Counted from the first letter of the stretch, positions 14,594 through 29,538 are shown. The stretch is DNA of 64,000 bases from the human T2T-CHM13v2.0 reference genome, Homo sapiens (GCF_009914755.1 NC_060947.1); one strand, 5' to 3'. The notes: a model not told the origin generated them from the letters alone. Made by a program: numbers and translations.

Positions 14594-15565
14594 TGATGGA
14601 AGAAACAGAAGAGTGGTAGTCCCTCTCCTTTCTAGAGAACAGGATTGGTTTGGCGTGTGGCTTGAAATTTTAAAACATGTGTATGCCACTTTTCTATTGG
14701 ACTGAAATCTCATTGGCATGCCATATTTGACAGGGTCTAAAAGTAGTGTTGTGAAGAGGCAAATGCATTGGAGTAGGAAGGAGAAATGTGAGTCACCTTG
14801 GAGCTCTATCTCTCCTGACTGTAGAACCACAGACAAGTCTCTCAGCCTCTTTGGTTCCAGTTTTATCCCATCATACACTACTGGCAACATTTAATCTACT
14901 TCCTGTGAGCAACATCTACCCTTTTGGGGAGTATCAAATTAAATAATAAATATGAAATCAACTTGAAATTTGATCACAATACACAAATGAGATATTAAAA
15001 TAGCAGTTTGCTATTCAATAGCTTTTACGGGAAGAAATACCACACGATTCCTGACTGAGAATATTGGTTGGGGGCAGTGGTAATTTTTAATTTGTCTTTT
15101 TAGGTGCAGTGTTATCACTATTCTTGAAATATTGATTTGAAAACCTCAAAGAAGATTAAAAATGCTGTTAAAATCCCTAAAGGTTGGAGACAGAGGGCCT
15201 ATTAATGCTACCCATCATATTCATTGGTTATATGACAAGCCCCCTTATCTAGCGGGCACCTGCATCTGCACTGGTTCAAACAGTTCTCTTTTGAAATTGT
15301 TATAGCAAGTTGGTCAGCATTATTCTTCCACCTGAGAGATCTGGAAGGGGCTGCTGCATAAGGCCATGCCTGTTTTGAACTGCACTATTCATATAGGCTA
15401 TGACATGAATCACACTCCTTAGAGCTGTGCAATGTGGAAACCCTCATTCTGGGAAAGATCAAAAAGAATAGATGTAGGATTTTATAATGTTTAACCAAGC
15501 CTTGCTAAAATCAGATTTTTGTAGTTAAGGTCATTTTTGGATTCCCCTATGTCCAACAAGTGTGA

Positions 15566-15949
<384 letters not shown>

Positions 15950-17084
15950 TGATCATCTTCCTGTGGAATTATTTTCTGTATCAGTAATAGTCTCTTTGAC
16001 AAAGATGGGTGGAAAGACTGTGACGCTTGATGTTTAGAACTTCAAACACAATGGCCTCAAATGAAAGATATGCTTAAGTAGGTGGCTGTTAGGCCTCAAA
16101 TTGTACTGTCATGACTGGTCACCTATTTATCCTTCCAGAATTTTTCTTCTGCAGGGTTGACCTAGAGTGAGAAAAGGACAATGCTTTCTGTTTTCGAATG
16201 TGAATATGCCTTAGAGTATGTGGGAATGTTTCATTTTCATAATCCCCTTAACTCCTCATTGCCACCTAGCTGATGATGACATTGAAAATATTATGCTACC
16301 AAATTGAAGGCTGACACTCATTATGTCATTAAGTAAGCTGCACTTATTTAACTGATTAGGCAAAATACAAATGTGTAAAAATGCTTTAATTTTTTTTCCT
16401 TGTTTATACCTGCTAGTAAAGATTCTTAAGGCTTTACTTCAGTGGAAAGCATTCCATAAGCTGGGCTCTTCCTTCATCCTAAATACCTACTATGTCAAAA
16501 GACCTTTTCACTCCAAAGTTAGGAAGAGCTGGCCACTATCTGATCATTTTAATCTTGTCTATACAATCTTCATTTTTAGATAATTGCCATTGCTTTTATC
16601 TGTGCTTCATACATAGTTCTTGCCATGTTTTACTTTAGCTAGATTAAAGGTAAAGAGACCAACAAAAATGGCAACTTTTATTTTTCTCCTTCGAGAATGC
16701 ATCAATATATTCCACAAAATGGAAACCAACAATGAGCAAGAGTAGCTATATTTATATCAGATAAAATAGACTAAGTCAAAACTGTAAAGAGAGACAAATA
16801 AGGTCACTAAATAATAAAAACAGGATCAATTTAGCTAGAGAATGTAACAATTGTAAATATATATGCACCCAACGCTGGAGCACCCAGACATATAAGGCAA
16901 ATATTGGGATAAAACCCAATACAGTGATGGTTGTGGACTTTAACACCTCAATCTCAGCAGTGGCTGAATCATCTAGACAGAAAATCACAAAGAAAGATCA
17001 GATTTAAATTGCACTACCGATCAAATGGAATTAACAGGCATTTATAGAACATTTCATAAAACAATGACAGAATACACATTCTTC

Positions 17085-17392
17085 TTTTTTCTTTTTCTTT
17101 TTGTCTTTTTTTAGTCAGAGTCTTGTTCTGTCTCCAAGGCTGGAGTGCAATGGCATGATCTCGGCTAACTGCAACCTCCACCTCCTGGTTCAAGCAATTC
17201 TCGTGCCTCAGCCTCCTGAGTAGCTGGGATTACAGGCACATGCCACCACGTCTGGCTAATTTTTGTATTTTTAGTAGAGACAGGGTTTTGCCATGTTGGC
17301 CAGGCTGGTCTCAAACTCCTGACCTCAAGTGATCCACCCGCCTCAGCCTCCCAAAATGTTGGGATTACAGGCGTGTGCCACCACAACCAGCC
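17085..17392 (-). mobile_element. AluS in L1
   Basis: TSD CACATTCTTCT. Confidence 0.93.
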
Positions 17393-20300
17393 CACATTCT
17401 TCTCATCAGCACTTGGAACATTCTCCATGATAGACCATATGTGAGGCCACAAAACAAGCTTCAACATGTTAAAAAATCGAAATCATATCAAGTATTTTTT
17501 TCTGACTACGATGTAATAAAACTATAAATCAATCACAAGAAGAACTTTGGAAACTGTATAAACGTAAGGAAATTAAATAACATGTTTATGAATGACCAAT
17601 GGGTCATGGAAGAAATTTAAAAGAAAATTTAAAAAATGTATTGAAACAAATGAAAATAGAAACACAATATACCAAAACCTATAGGATATAGCTAAAATAG
17701 CACTAAGGGAAATTTATAGCAATAAACCCCAACATCAAAAAAAGTAGAAGGTTAGAAGGAACAAGATTACATAAAAAAAGAAAAGAAAGCAGAAAAATTT
17801 CAAATAAACAACCTAACTATGTGCCTTAAGGAATTAGAAAAGCAAGAACAAACAAAACCCAAATTTGTAAAAAGAAACAAAGAAAGATCAGAGCAGAAAT
17901 AAATGAAATAGAGACTAAAAAAATACAAAACATCAACAAATGAAAAGTTGGTCTTTTGAAAAGATAAACTAAATTGACAAACCATTAGCTAGACTAACAA
18001 AGGAAAAAGAAAGAGGATCCAAATAAATAAAATCAGAAACAAAAAAGGAGACATTACAACTGCTACCACAGAAATACAAAGGATCATTAGAGACTATTAT
18101 GAACAACTCTATGCCAACAAATTGGAAAACGTAGAGGAAATGGATAAATTCCTGGACACGTTCAACCTACCAAGATTAAACCAGGAAGAAATAGAAAATC
18201 TGAACAGACCAATAACAAATAGTGAAATTGAGTCGGTAATAAAAAGTTTCCAAACAAAGAAAGCTGCAGGACTAGATGGCTTCACCTCTGAATTCTACCA
18301 AACTTTCAAAGAAGAATTAACACCAATTCTTCACAAACTATTCCAAAAAATTGAAGAGTAGGGAATTCTTCCAAACTTATTCAGAGGCTAGCATTACCCT
18401 GATACCAAAACCAGACAAGGACACAACAACAACAAAATAAAACTATAGGACAATATCCCTGATGAACATATATGCAAAAATCCTTAACAGAATCTTAGCA
18501 AACTGAATCCAATAGCACATCAAAAAGATTATATATCATGATCATGTGGGATTTATTCCAGGGATGCCAGGATGGTTTAACATGTGCAACTCTATAAACA
18601 TGAACAGAATAAAGGACAAAAACCATATTATCTCAATACATGCAGGAAAAGCATCTGATAAGATTCAACATCCATTCAAGATAAAAATTCTCAACAAATT
18701 AGGTACAGAAGGAATGTACCTAAACATTCAATAAATTAAGTACAGAAGGAATGTACCTAAACACAATACCCCACAGCCAACATTATACTGAATGTGGAAA
18801 AGTTGAAAGTTTTCTCTCTGAGAACTGGTACAGGACAAGAACGCCCACTTTTACCACTCTTATTCAGCATAGCACTTTAGGAAGCCCTAGCCAGAACAAT
18901 TACGCAAAAGAAAGAAATAAAAAGGCAACCAAAGTGTAAAGGAGGAAATAAAATTGTCCCTGTTAGCAGACAGCATGATCTTATATATTGAAAAACTAAA
19001 GATTCCACCAAAAGACTCTTAGAACTGATGAATGAATTCAGTAAAGTTGCAGGATTAAAAAACCAACATACAAAAATCAGTAGCATTTCTGTACACCAAT
19101 AACAAACTAGCTGAAAGAGAAATCAAGAAAGCAATTCCATTTACAATAGATACAAAAAAAAAAAAAACCGCCTAGGAATAACTTTAACCAAGGAGGTGAA
19201 AGATCTCTACAATGTAAACTGTAAAACACTGACAAAAAAAAAAAAAAAAAAAAAAAAAAAGGAATCCAGCACCACTGGACATGAGGAACAAAAATAAATA
19301 AATAAATAAATAAATAAATAAAATAAACCGAAGAAGACACACACAAAAAAGGAAAGACATTCTATGTTCATAGATTGGAAGAATAAATATTGTTAAAATG
19401 ACTATACTACTCAACGCCATCTACAGATTCAATGAAATCTCTACTAAAATACCAATGACATTCTTCAGAGAAATAGAAAAAGCAATCCTAAAATTTATAT
19501 GGAACCACAAAGACCTGAGATAGCTAAAGCGAGCTTGGTCAAAAAGTACAAAACTGGAGGCATCACACCACCTGACTTCAAAATATACTACAAGCCATAG
19601 TAACCAAAACAGCATGGTATTGGCATAAAAATGGACACACAGACCCATGGAACAGAGTAGGGAACCTAGAAAATCCATACATCTACAGTGAATTCATTTT
19701 TGACAAAGGTGCCAAGAACATACATTGGGGAAAGAACAGTCTCTTTGATAAATGGTGCTGGGAAAAGTGGATATCCATGTGCAAAAGAATGAAACTAGAC
19801 CCCAATTTCTCACCATACACAAAATAAATTAGAGAATTAAATACGAGATCTGAAACTCAAAATTACTAGAAAAAATAGAGGAAATGTTTCAGGATATTAG
19901 TTTGGACAAAGATTTTATGGTTAAGACCTCAAAAGCACAGGCAACAAAAGCAAAAATAGACAAATGGGATTATATCAAACCAAAAAGCTTCTGCACAGCA
20001 AAGGAAACCATGAACAGAGTTAAGAGACAACTTGAAAAATGGAAGAAAATATTTGCAACCTATTTATCTGATAAGGGATCAATATCCAGAATATACAAGG
20101 AACTCAAATAACAGCAAAACCCAAATAATCCAATTAAAAAATGGACAAAAGATCTGAATAGACATTTCTCAAAAGAAGATGAACAAATAGCCAACACATG
20201 TGAAAAAAAGCTCAACCCCACTATTCATCAGGGAAATGCAAATTAAAATCACAATGAAATATCACTTTACCACAGTTAGAATGGCTATTACAAAAAAGAG

Positions 20301-20992
20301 AAAAAAATAAAAATAAAAAATACTGGCGAGGATGTGGAGAAAAGGGAACCCTCATACACTGTGGGTGGGAATGTAAATTAGTACAGTCTCTATGGAGAAC
20401 AGCTTGGAGGTTCCTCAAAAAGCTAAAAATAGACCTACCATATGATCTAGCAATCCCACTACTGGGTATATATCCATAGGAAGTGAAATAAGCATGTTGA
20501 AGAGATATCTGCACTTCCATGTTCATTGTAGCACTATTCACAATAGCTAAGATATGGAATCAACTTAAGTGTCCATCAGTGGATGAATGGATAAAGAAAA
20601 TGTGGTATACATATTCAATAGAATACTATTCAGCCATAAAAATAATGAAATCCTGTCATATGCAGCAACATGGATTAACCTGGAGGACATCATGTTAAGT
20701 AAAATAAGTCTGGCACAGAAAGATAAATACCACATGTTCTCACTCACATGTGGGAGCTAAAAAAGTTAGCTCATAGGAGTTGAATTGAGAGATTGAGAAC
20801 AGAAGTAGAAGTAGAGAGTAGAATTGTGAGTATTAGAGGCTGGGAAGGGTAAGGGTAAGGGGAGGTTGGGGAGAGGCTGTTTAATGGATACAAAGTTATA
20901 GCTAGATAGGAGAAATAAGTTCTAGTGTTCTATAGCCTTGTAGGGTGCCTACTGTAAAATACTGTATTTTTCCTTATAGCTAGAAGAGACAA

Positions 20993-21312
<320 letters not shown>

Positions 21313-22799
21313 AAAGAGATGATTTTGAATGTTACCACAAGAAGAAATAACAAAAGTTTGGGTGATGAATATGCTATTACCCTGATTTGATCATTATACA
21401 TTGTATACATGTATCAAAATTTCACATTGTACTGCACAAATATGTACAATTATTACGTGTCAATTAAAAATATATATTAAAAAATTAGAAAAAAATTTCT
21501 GTCTCTAAGCCTGTGGTTGTAGTTGTGGTAAAAATTCACAAGCACAAATATGCTGGACAAGAAAACATAGCCTAAAATGAAAAAAATAAGGTTGTCAGAA
21601 AGGAATTTTTTTAAAATAAAAATCTGCTTATATGCTGTTTAATAAAAAGGATGCATTGTTAAGAGAATAACATTTTCCCACATAATTAGCCTAAGAGGCA
21701 ATGGGTTTGTTTGTGTTACTTGAAGAACTAGCAAGACCTTCAGAACACCTCAGTCATTCAGTTTAGTAAATAAGTTTGGTCACCTAATATTTTGTTTATT
21801 TTGTATATAGTATTTCAATTTTTTAAAATCATTGCTAATTCCTGGATATCTGTTCTCCTCCTCATGCTTTTGCTGTTGTATTTGCAGTTACCCCCTCCCC
21901 TATTGCTGGATCTTCTCTTCTTGCTGTTCTATTCACCTTGCGAATTTCTAATGGCCCAGAGCTTCTAATGCAGGTTAAGGAGCGCGACACAGGGAACCAC
22001 TGAGGGTCAGGATCAGACCAACGAACATACAAATTTCTTTAGAGGGGGCATGTGGACAGCTATGCTGAACTCCCAGTCATCTGCCTCCACAGAACCTCTT
22101 TACACACACAAAGACAGGCAATTGCAGTATCTAAATGACCATATAAATTGCCATTTCTTTCCTTTTCTTAAAGACACATCCTGAGACACTTATGAAATCA
22201 AAGTGGAACATATGGTTTTTTTCCCTTTAAAAGCACTGCTTGTCCTCTGTCCCTCTCTGCCAACTCTCTTACATTCCCAACAACATTATCTAACAGTCTT
22301 TAAAGGACAAATGCTCACCTCCCCTCTCCACTCAGGGAACAGGAAGAGCCAGAGAAAAACAACTGATGGAGAAGATGCCCTAAGGTTGAATATTTCTTCC
22401 CTTGGGGGAGCTGAACGTCCAGAGAAAACAAATTAAATTATCCTCCTTATCCTTGGGCTGTGACATCAAAGTGGACATTATGTACCAATACCCCCTTGCT
22501 TTGTTTCATAACCTCAAATCAAAATTAATCTGTTGTCACATTTGTTTATGGTGACTAACAAAAAGCCTGAATTATTCAAGAAAAGCAGTTTGGGACACAA
22601 GAACAGGAAGAACGACCTAGCAACCACAGATCATTCTTTTCCTGCTTTCAAAGGAGTAACATTTCCCATCCTCTATTTCTGGAAGCCCTAGTAAGGCCTT
22701 CCACTCTGCTGTCTGAAGTCAAGTTTGAGTGCCTAGAGAGAAGAGAATCCTTGTGTTGCAGGTCAGTTAATCTGGAGCAGGTCCTGCACAGTCTCTCCT

Positions 22800-23930
22800 A
22801 TGCATTTATTTAGCCAGGGAGCAGTTATTAAGCACTGATTTTGAGTCCAGACCTTACCATACATTTTTTTTCATTCATACAGTTATTGGGAACTTGACTT
22901 TTGAATTGCTGGGAAGTCATTTATGAAAAGGTCACAGTCACTGCTTTTGAATAGCTTTAGTCCTGTCATGGAGGAAACAAATCAACAGCCATATATGTGA
23001 CACAGTTTGGTGAGCACTATAAGGGACCTGCATAGGGTGCCATAGGAGTATACAGAAGGAGTCTCAAGGGCAGCCATAGGCAATCAAGGAGGAGGAGAAG
23101 GTGGCATCTAAACTGAAACTGGGGGAACTGCATACAACAGGTAGGAGTTAGCCTGGTGAAGCTGGTGGGCAATGTCCTTCCTGGCAGGACAGCAGAGCAA
23201 AAGTTGGGAACTGTATTATGAGTGTAGAGAGCATTGGGAGGTGTCTTAGTCACCTTGGGCTGTTATAACAAAATATCATAGCGTGGGTGGCTTTTAAACA
23301 ACATAATTTTTTTCTTACAGCTCTGGAGACTGGAAATCTGAAATCAGGGTGTCAGCATGGTTTTGCTGAGGACCTTTTTCCGATTGCAGACTGCTGACTT
23401 CTTTTTGCATCCTTACATGGTGGAAAGGGCATGAGAGAGCTCTCTGGGGTCCCTTTTATAAGGACATTAATCCCATCCATGAGGGCACCATTCTCATCAC
23501 CTAATCCCCTCCCAAAGGCCTTACCTCCTAATACCATCACATGCGGGTTTAGGATTTCAACATAGGAACTTGAGGGGATGCAAGCATGCAGTCCATTGCA
23601 GGAGGCAATGTGAAACCATTGAAGAGTTGTAGGGAAGAGCACAACCTGATCAGATTTGCATTTTAGAAAGCTGTCTCTAGCTACAAAAAGTTGACTATGA
23701 AAAGGCAAGCCTGGAGGCAGAGCAAGGTAGTTAGTGGTCTTCATGCTTCTTATAAAGGACGGTGGTGGCTGGCTGGAAGGTAATAGAGTTGATGAGGTAG
23801 AGAAATTAATGCCTTCAAAACATATTTAGAAGGAGGAGAAACAAGATCGGCTGGCTGATTAGATGAGGAGGGGCAGATGTGGGAAAGACAGAGGCCAAAT
23901 ACAGAGCCTCTGCCTTTCAGGAGCTTAGAG
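22800..23930 (-). mobile_element. L2 relic interrupted by MLT1A
   Basis: Degenerate L2 motifs (GGAGTTAGCCTGGTGAAG, ATCAGATTTGCATTTTAGAAAG). Confidence 0.55.
23242..23600 (-). mobile_element. MLT1A-type solo LTR
   Basis: TGTCTTAGTC...GTCCATTGCA, perfect TSD GGAGG. Confidence 0.88.
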
Positions 23931-23977
23931 AATGCTTGAGAGAGCATAACCTGTAAATGTAAACCATGTACATTTCA

Positions 23978-24190
23978 GGCAGTTCAGTGTAGTGGTAAGA
24001 ATTTGGGCTTTGAAATCAGTCAAACTTGCTTTGAATTCCTGTCATATCACCGATTAGCCACATGATATAGAAAGATTACTCGAATGCACTGCATCTCAGG
24101 TTCCTTATTCCTTACAGGTGGGTTATGTGTGTTCACATGTGAAAAGTATGTGGCACCCAAGAGATGTTCTAAAAATATTAGTAAATCTTT
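23978..24190 (+). mobile_element. MIR
   Basis: GTGTAGTGGTAAGAATTTGGGCTTTG...TTGAATTCCTG. Confidence 0.5.
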
Positions 24191-24453
24191 CTATGGAATG
24201 ATAATCATCATCATAATATACTTATTACTGTAACACTAGGAAAATAGTAGTCATTATTATATAAAACCATGAAAAACATTTTTTGGGGGATCAAATGTAC
24301 ATTAAAAAGTTATTTTTTTTTCTCTTACAAGTTTCCGAGTATCAGAAAACTCCCTCTATTGTGCAGTTAGGAAACTAAATAGAAATATGTATCATTTTTC
24401 TGAATATCTGTGGGTAATAGATTCCATACCTCCTTGGATCAACAGTTTATACC

Positions 24454-25224
24454 TGTTGACGAAAAGAGTCAAACTCTTTAAAATATTGTAAGAGATTTAT
24501 TCTGAGCCAAATATGAGTGACCATGGCCCGTGACACAGCCCTCAGAAGGTCTTGAGAACATGTGCCCAAGGTGGTCAGGGTACAGCTTGGTTTTATGTAT
24601 TTTAGGGAGGCATGAGACATCAATCAAATACATTTAAGAAATACATTGGTTTCATTCAGAAAGGCAGGACAACTCAAAATGGGGAAGGCTTCCAGGCTAT
24701 ACGTAAATGTAAACATTTTCTGGTTGACAATTAGCTGAGTTTATCTGAAGACCCAGGATCAAAGGAAATGTTCAGGGTAAGGTAAAGGATTGTGGAGACC
24801 AAGTTTTATTGTGCAGAGGAAGCTCTCAGATAGTAGACTTCAGAGAGAGCAAGTTGTAAAGTGTTTCTTATCGGACTTAAAAGGGTGCTTGGCTCTTAGT
24901 TGATTATCTCCTGGATCTGGAAAGGAAGGAAGGAAAACAAAGGGGGAAAGGGATTCTCTATAGAAGGCGGATTTTTCCTACAAGAGACTTTGCAGGGCAA
25001 TTCCAAGGTATGGCAAGGAAATATATTTTGGGGTAAAACATTTTGACTTTTTCCCTTGTTATGTCAGAATCAGATTGAAAAGTAAGCCATGATATACATG
25101 GTTAAATAAAACCCATCTGATGAGAGAATTTATGGTTTGTAGGGCATGACTCCCCAGACCCCTTAGAAAGGAATTTGGGCAAGATTAAAACAAAAACAAA
25201 AACAAAAACAGAGCTTAGTCCTCA
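24454..25224 (-). mobile_element. MER4E-like ERV1 solo LTR
   Basis: TGTTGACGAAAAGAGTCAAACTC...GAGCTTAGTCCTCA (reverse complement TGAGGACTAAGCTC), ~770 bp, TSD TACC/TTCC. Confidence 0.88.
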
Positions 25225-25823
25225 TTCCTATAACGGTCTGGAAGTTCTTCCATGTATCTCACCACAATCCCTCTTGCTTTGTTTTAGCCTGTTTGCTTTT
25301 GCTCCATTCCCTTAGATTTCTTCTTGCTGTTCTAAGTGTAGTTACTTTCTTGTCAGGGAATGGTTTATCAAATTATCTTGCACGTTTTTGCGCTGGGACT
25401 TTATATTTCTCTGATTTCCTGGTTCTGTCTAAAGAATATATTAACTTATTTCTTAGAATTGGCATGGTTTTCTCTATACACCGTGCTCATTACTTTTCTA
25501 TTTAGAGAAAATATTTATTCATTTAATTTCTTTTTCAGAAGATTCCCTTCTGGTTTTATTTTGATGGCCTAATTTCAATTTGTCTCCTGGATCAAAGTAT
25601 GTGACTTGTGTTTGTTTCCATGTAAAACATTGCCCAAGCCAGCATCAAGGAGTTCCAGGGAAGCCATTCCAGATCCTCGATAGGTGGGAATGTTTATTCT
25701 CGCTCTGTGTTACAGATAGGAACCTGAGACAAATAGAGGTGCCTGATTGATCCAGAATCACCTAGCTGTCAGATACCCACACAGAATTGATCAGACAGAG
25801 GAAGCTGGCTGCTCCAGGCATAC

Positions 25824-26463
25824 TGCAATGGATGGAATGTTTGTGTCTCTCCAGAATTTATATGTTGAAACCCTAATCCCCAATGTGATGGTATTAGGAG
25901 GTGGGGCCTTTGGGAAGTAATTAGGTCATGACAATGGAGCCCTCATGATGGGATAAGTGCCCGTTTAAAAAATTGATACGAAAATACAGTTAGATAGTAG
26001 GAATAAGATCTACTGATCTGGTAGCACAATAGGGCAACTATAGTTAACAGTAATTTATCGTATACTTCAAAATAATTATAGAAGTGGATTTGGAATGTTC
26101 TCAACACAAATAAATGATAAATGTTTAAGGTGATGAATATCCCAATTACACTGATTTGATCATTACACATTATATACTTGTAACACATGTATTCCATAAA
26201 TATGTACAACTATTATGTACCCATAAAAATTTTAAAATAGCATATTCTCAAAAAGAAAAAGAACAGACACGAGAGAACTGGCTTCCTCTCTGCACCATAT
26301 GAGGATAAAAGAAGATGACCATCTGCAAACCAGGAAGAGAGCCCTCACCAGTAACCAAGTAAGTTGGCACTTAGATCTTGGTCTTCCAGAACTGATAAAT
26401 AAATGTTTGTTATTTAAGCCACCCAGTCTCTGAAAATTTGTTACTGCTGCTGGAGCTAAGATA
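25824..26463 (+). mobile_element. MLT1A-type LTR with inserted L1MA 3' fragment (~25962-26260)
   Basis: GAAACCCTAATCCCCAATGTGATGGTATTAGGAGGTGGGGCC; L1 3'UTR CAGTTAGATAGTAGGAATAAGATCTA. Confidence 0.82.
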
Positions 26464-27193
26464 GTGGACTGCACAATTTTCTATCTTTAGATGCCTTCAA
26501 CCTCTTTCTCAGGGGGGTCTGCTAGCAGCCCTTGCTGTCTTCTATGTTTTCTTCTTCTGATCAAATCTGCCTCTGAAAAGGACCTGGTCTACTTTTGGTA
26601 TGTATTTCAGAGAAGGTACTACTCCTCTCTGGGTTACATCCTTACGTGTATTTATAAAATGGAAGGGGCTGTTCCCTGTGAAGGAAAAACAGGCACTAAC
26701 AAGCTGGTAAGGCAGCTTAGTCGGGGGAATGGTCTGGGCCCTCCCAAGAGCTCTCCAAATGCTGCCATGTTGTAGCCATATATTCTGACTCTGTCCCTAC
26801 AATCTCATACACACAGTGCATGAGGCTGTGTAGTCAGATAGACACAGTCTCCACACCTGGGCCTGCCCAGAGATTGCTGGGAGACCTTGGGTGGGTTACT
26901 CTGGGCCACAGTAACCTCATCTGCAGTCTGGTGACAGCAATCCTTATTTTACAGGATTGGAAGAGAACAAGTGTGGAGTTTCCAGGCTAGCATAGTGTCC
27001 AGATTGCAGGGTCTTATAAATGCCTTTCCTCCCTGCTTCTAAGTCAAAACCTGTGAGCACGCCATGTTTTCACTGAAGTTTCTATTTGTAGTTCTAGTTC
27101 CTGGGGTATGAAGAAAAGAAAAGGAAAATGATTTGGGGATGGCTGCAATTTGTAACAAGTCAGTGTGCCACAAGACATCTTGGATATGCTGCC

Positions 27194-27651
27194 TGTAGTG
27201 GGTTGAATTGTGTCCCCCCAAAATATATGTCCAAGTTCTGGCCCCCAGTACCTATGAATGTCACTTTATGTGGACACAGGGTCTTTGCAGAGGTAACTAA
27301 GTTAAGATGAGGTTATTCTGGATTGAGAGTGGGCCGTAAATCTAATGATTGGTGTCTGTATGAGAGAAAGGAGAGGGAAGATTGAGACACAGAGACACAG
27401 TAGAGAAGGCTGTGTGAAGATAGAGGCAGAGACTGGAGTTAGGTTACCAGAAACCGAGGAATGTCTGGGGCCACCATAAGCTGAATGGGGCAAGGAGGGA
27501 TTCTCTCCTAGAGATTTCAGAGGGAGCATGGCCCTGCTGACACCTTGATTTTGGACGTCTGGCCCCCAGAGCTATGAGAAAATAAATTTTGGTTGTTTTA
27601 ATCTATCAAGTTTGTGGTAATTTGTTACGGTAGCCACAGGAAACTAGTACG
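27194..27651 (+). mobile_element. MLT1C-type solo LTR
   Basis: TGTAGTGGGTTGAATTGTGTCCCCC...AGGAAACTAGTACG, TSD CTGCC/CTGCT. Confidence 0.87.
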
Positions 27652-29149
27652 CTGCTTAAAAGGAGGACATTTATTCAGGCATCAACATGTCCAGAGAAAA
27701 CGGCATGCGTATTTGCTAGTATTTTCCCATCTGGTGTGTCCAGAGCATCAGGAGAGGCAGGAACCCTCCCAGCAGCCATCTGGTCTCTCTACCTGGCTCC
27801 AGGCAGAGCTGGCACCTGTACATAGATGGTCCCATCCCATGCCCAGGTTGCATGTGATAGAATTTCTGACTGTGATGTGTTACATGCGGGCATCTGTGTG
27901 CCTCCTCATATGCAGGTAGAATAAACACACTGCCCTTTAAATGTTCTCCAAGCAAGGTCTGGCCCAAAGCACAATGGCAGGTGTGGTCATTGTATTTCCG
28001 CAGGTGCATGAATTACCACTTAACACAGTGTTAAGAAATAGCTGATTTTCTTCTTTGACTAAAAGATTTCTTGAAATTGCTTTGATAAAATAAGATCAAC
28101 ACTAATTCCCTTTTTATGCATTGTGCCTATCAATTGAAATGGAAAAAAGAAAGCCACTGCCAACTTTCATTTATTTAAATGCATGGATAGATACATGCAG
28201 ATATTTATGATTTCTCCCTAGGATTCACAGATGCAAATGGAAAGGAAAAGTCGCAATGCTAAGTGTACGTATTTTGTGGGGAAGACAAATAAGAACAAAG
28301 CGCTGCTTGCTCAGATGGACAGCTCTGTGTCTCCGCCTACAGGGCTCTGGGTGTCTGTGCACCAGGGGGAACCTGAAGTGGCCGCCTCTTCACAACCTCT
28401 ATTCCATAGACAGTTGCTTACCCCACCCCTTGTCACTGGCATAAAATCACTTGAAATATCTAACACCTAAAATTGCTAAAATGCACAGTGGACCTATGTA
28501 ACAGCGATTTATGCCTATGAGGGCCTGCATCCAAAATGAACAAGGAGAGAGCTGGGCTGCTGTCAGTGTTATTGTGGCTCATTGTCTATGCACAAACTGC
28601 AGTGCTACAGAAGCAGGTAGCATTTATGGCCTTCTGTTTGTTTGCTGTCACTTTGGTACCTCAGCTCTGAGGTTTCCTTTGAGGAAGAGGGAGTGGAATG
28701 TATGGAAGTTTTGACAGAGAATTTAACCTCCTCTTCTTAGAGAGTTTAAGGGGCTACTCTCTAGAATGATCCCGTCTGACATTTAGATAACACTGGATTC
28801 TGTTCATCTCTTGCAGAGGAACTTACCAGCAGGGCCTCTGTCCAAATGCAGGAAACATGAACAGAATCCCCAGCTTGCTTTCTCCCACAGGACTCTGAGA
28901 AATAATCATCCTGTACATGCTCCCATTTGACGCCTTTTAATGGAACAAATTCACCATTGGAAATATGCAGGAAGTTGATTTCTTTTATATTTTGCCATCT
29001 TTAACCAATCCCTGGATAGGTTTTCAAAATCTCATTGAAGAGAAATATTTGGATGAGATTGGGGAAGTGGAACTCAGGTTTCTCTTGGTATTTATAATTG
29101 GGTAGAATCAAGGAAACCTAAATGGCCATAATGTTTTACCTTTACCCTT

Positions 29150-29538
29150 TGCTATGGTTTGAATGTGTCCCCCTCAAAATTCATGTGTTGGAAACTTAAT
29201 TCCCAATGCAGGAGTGTTGGGAGTTGGGACCTGATAAGAGGTGATTGGCTCTGCTCTCATGACTAGATTAATGTCATTATCATGGAAGCAGGTCAGTTAT
29301 TATGACAGTGGGTTGTTATAAAGTGAGTTCAGCCCCTGGTGCCTCCCTCTGCCTTGAGCACTGGTTTCACCTCTGCCTTCTGCTGTGGGATAACAAAGCA
29401 TGAAGGCCTTCACCAGATGCTAGCACCAGCCTCTTGGACTTCCCAGCCTCTGGAACCATAAGCAAAATAAACTTCTATTCTTTATAAATTACCTAGTCTG
29501 TGGTATTCTGTTATAGCAGCAGAAAACAGACTAAGACA
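29150..29538 (+). mobile_element. MST solo LTR
   Basis: TGCTATGGTTTGAATGTGTCCCC...AGACTAAGACA. Confidence 0.87.

Noticed and set aside
18691-18763. 37-bp tandem duplication in L1 ORF2
   Set aside because: Real, but ordinary decay within a dead L1
21888-21973. Exon-like segment (TTTGCAG...CAG|GTTAAG)
   Set aside because: Weak donor, no recognisable protein, no partner exons
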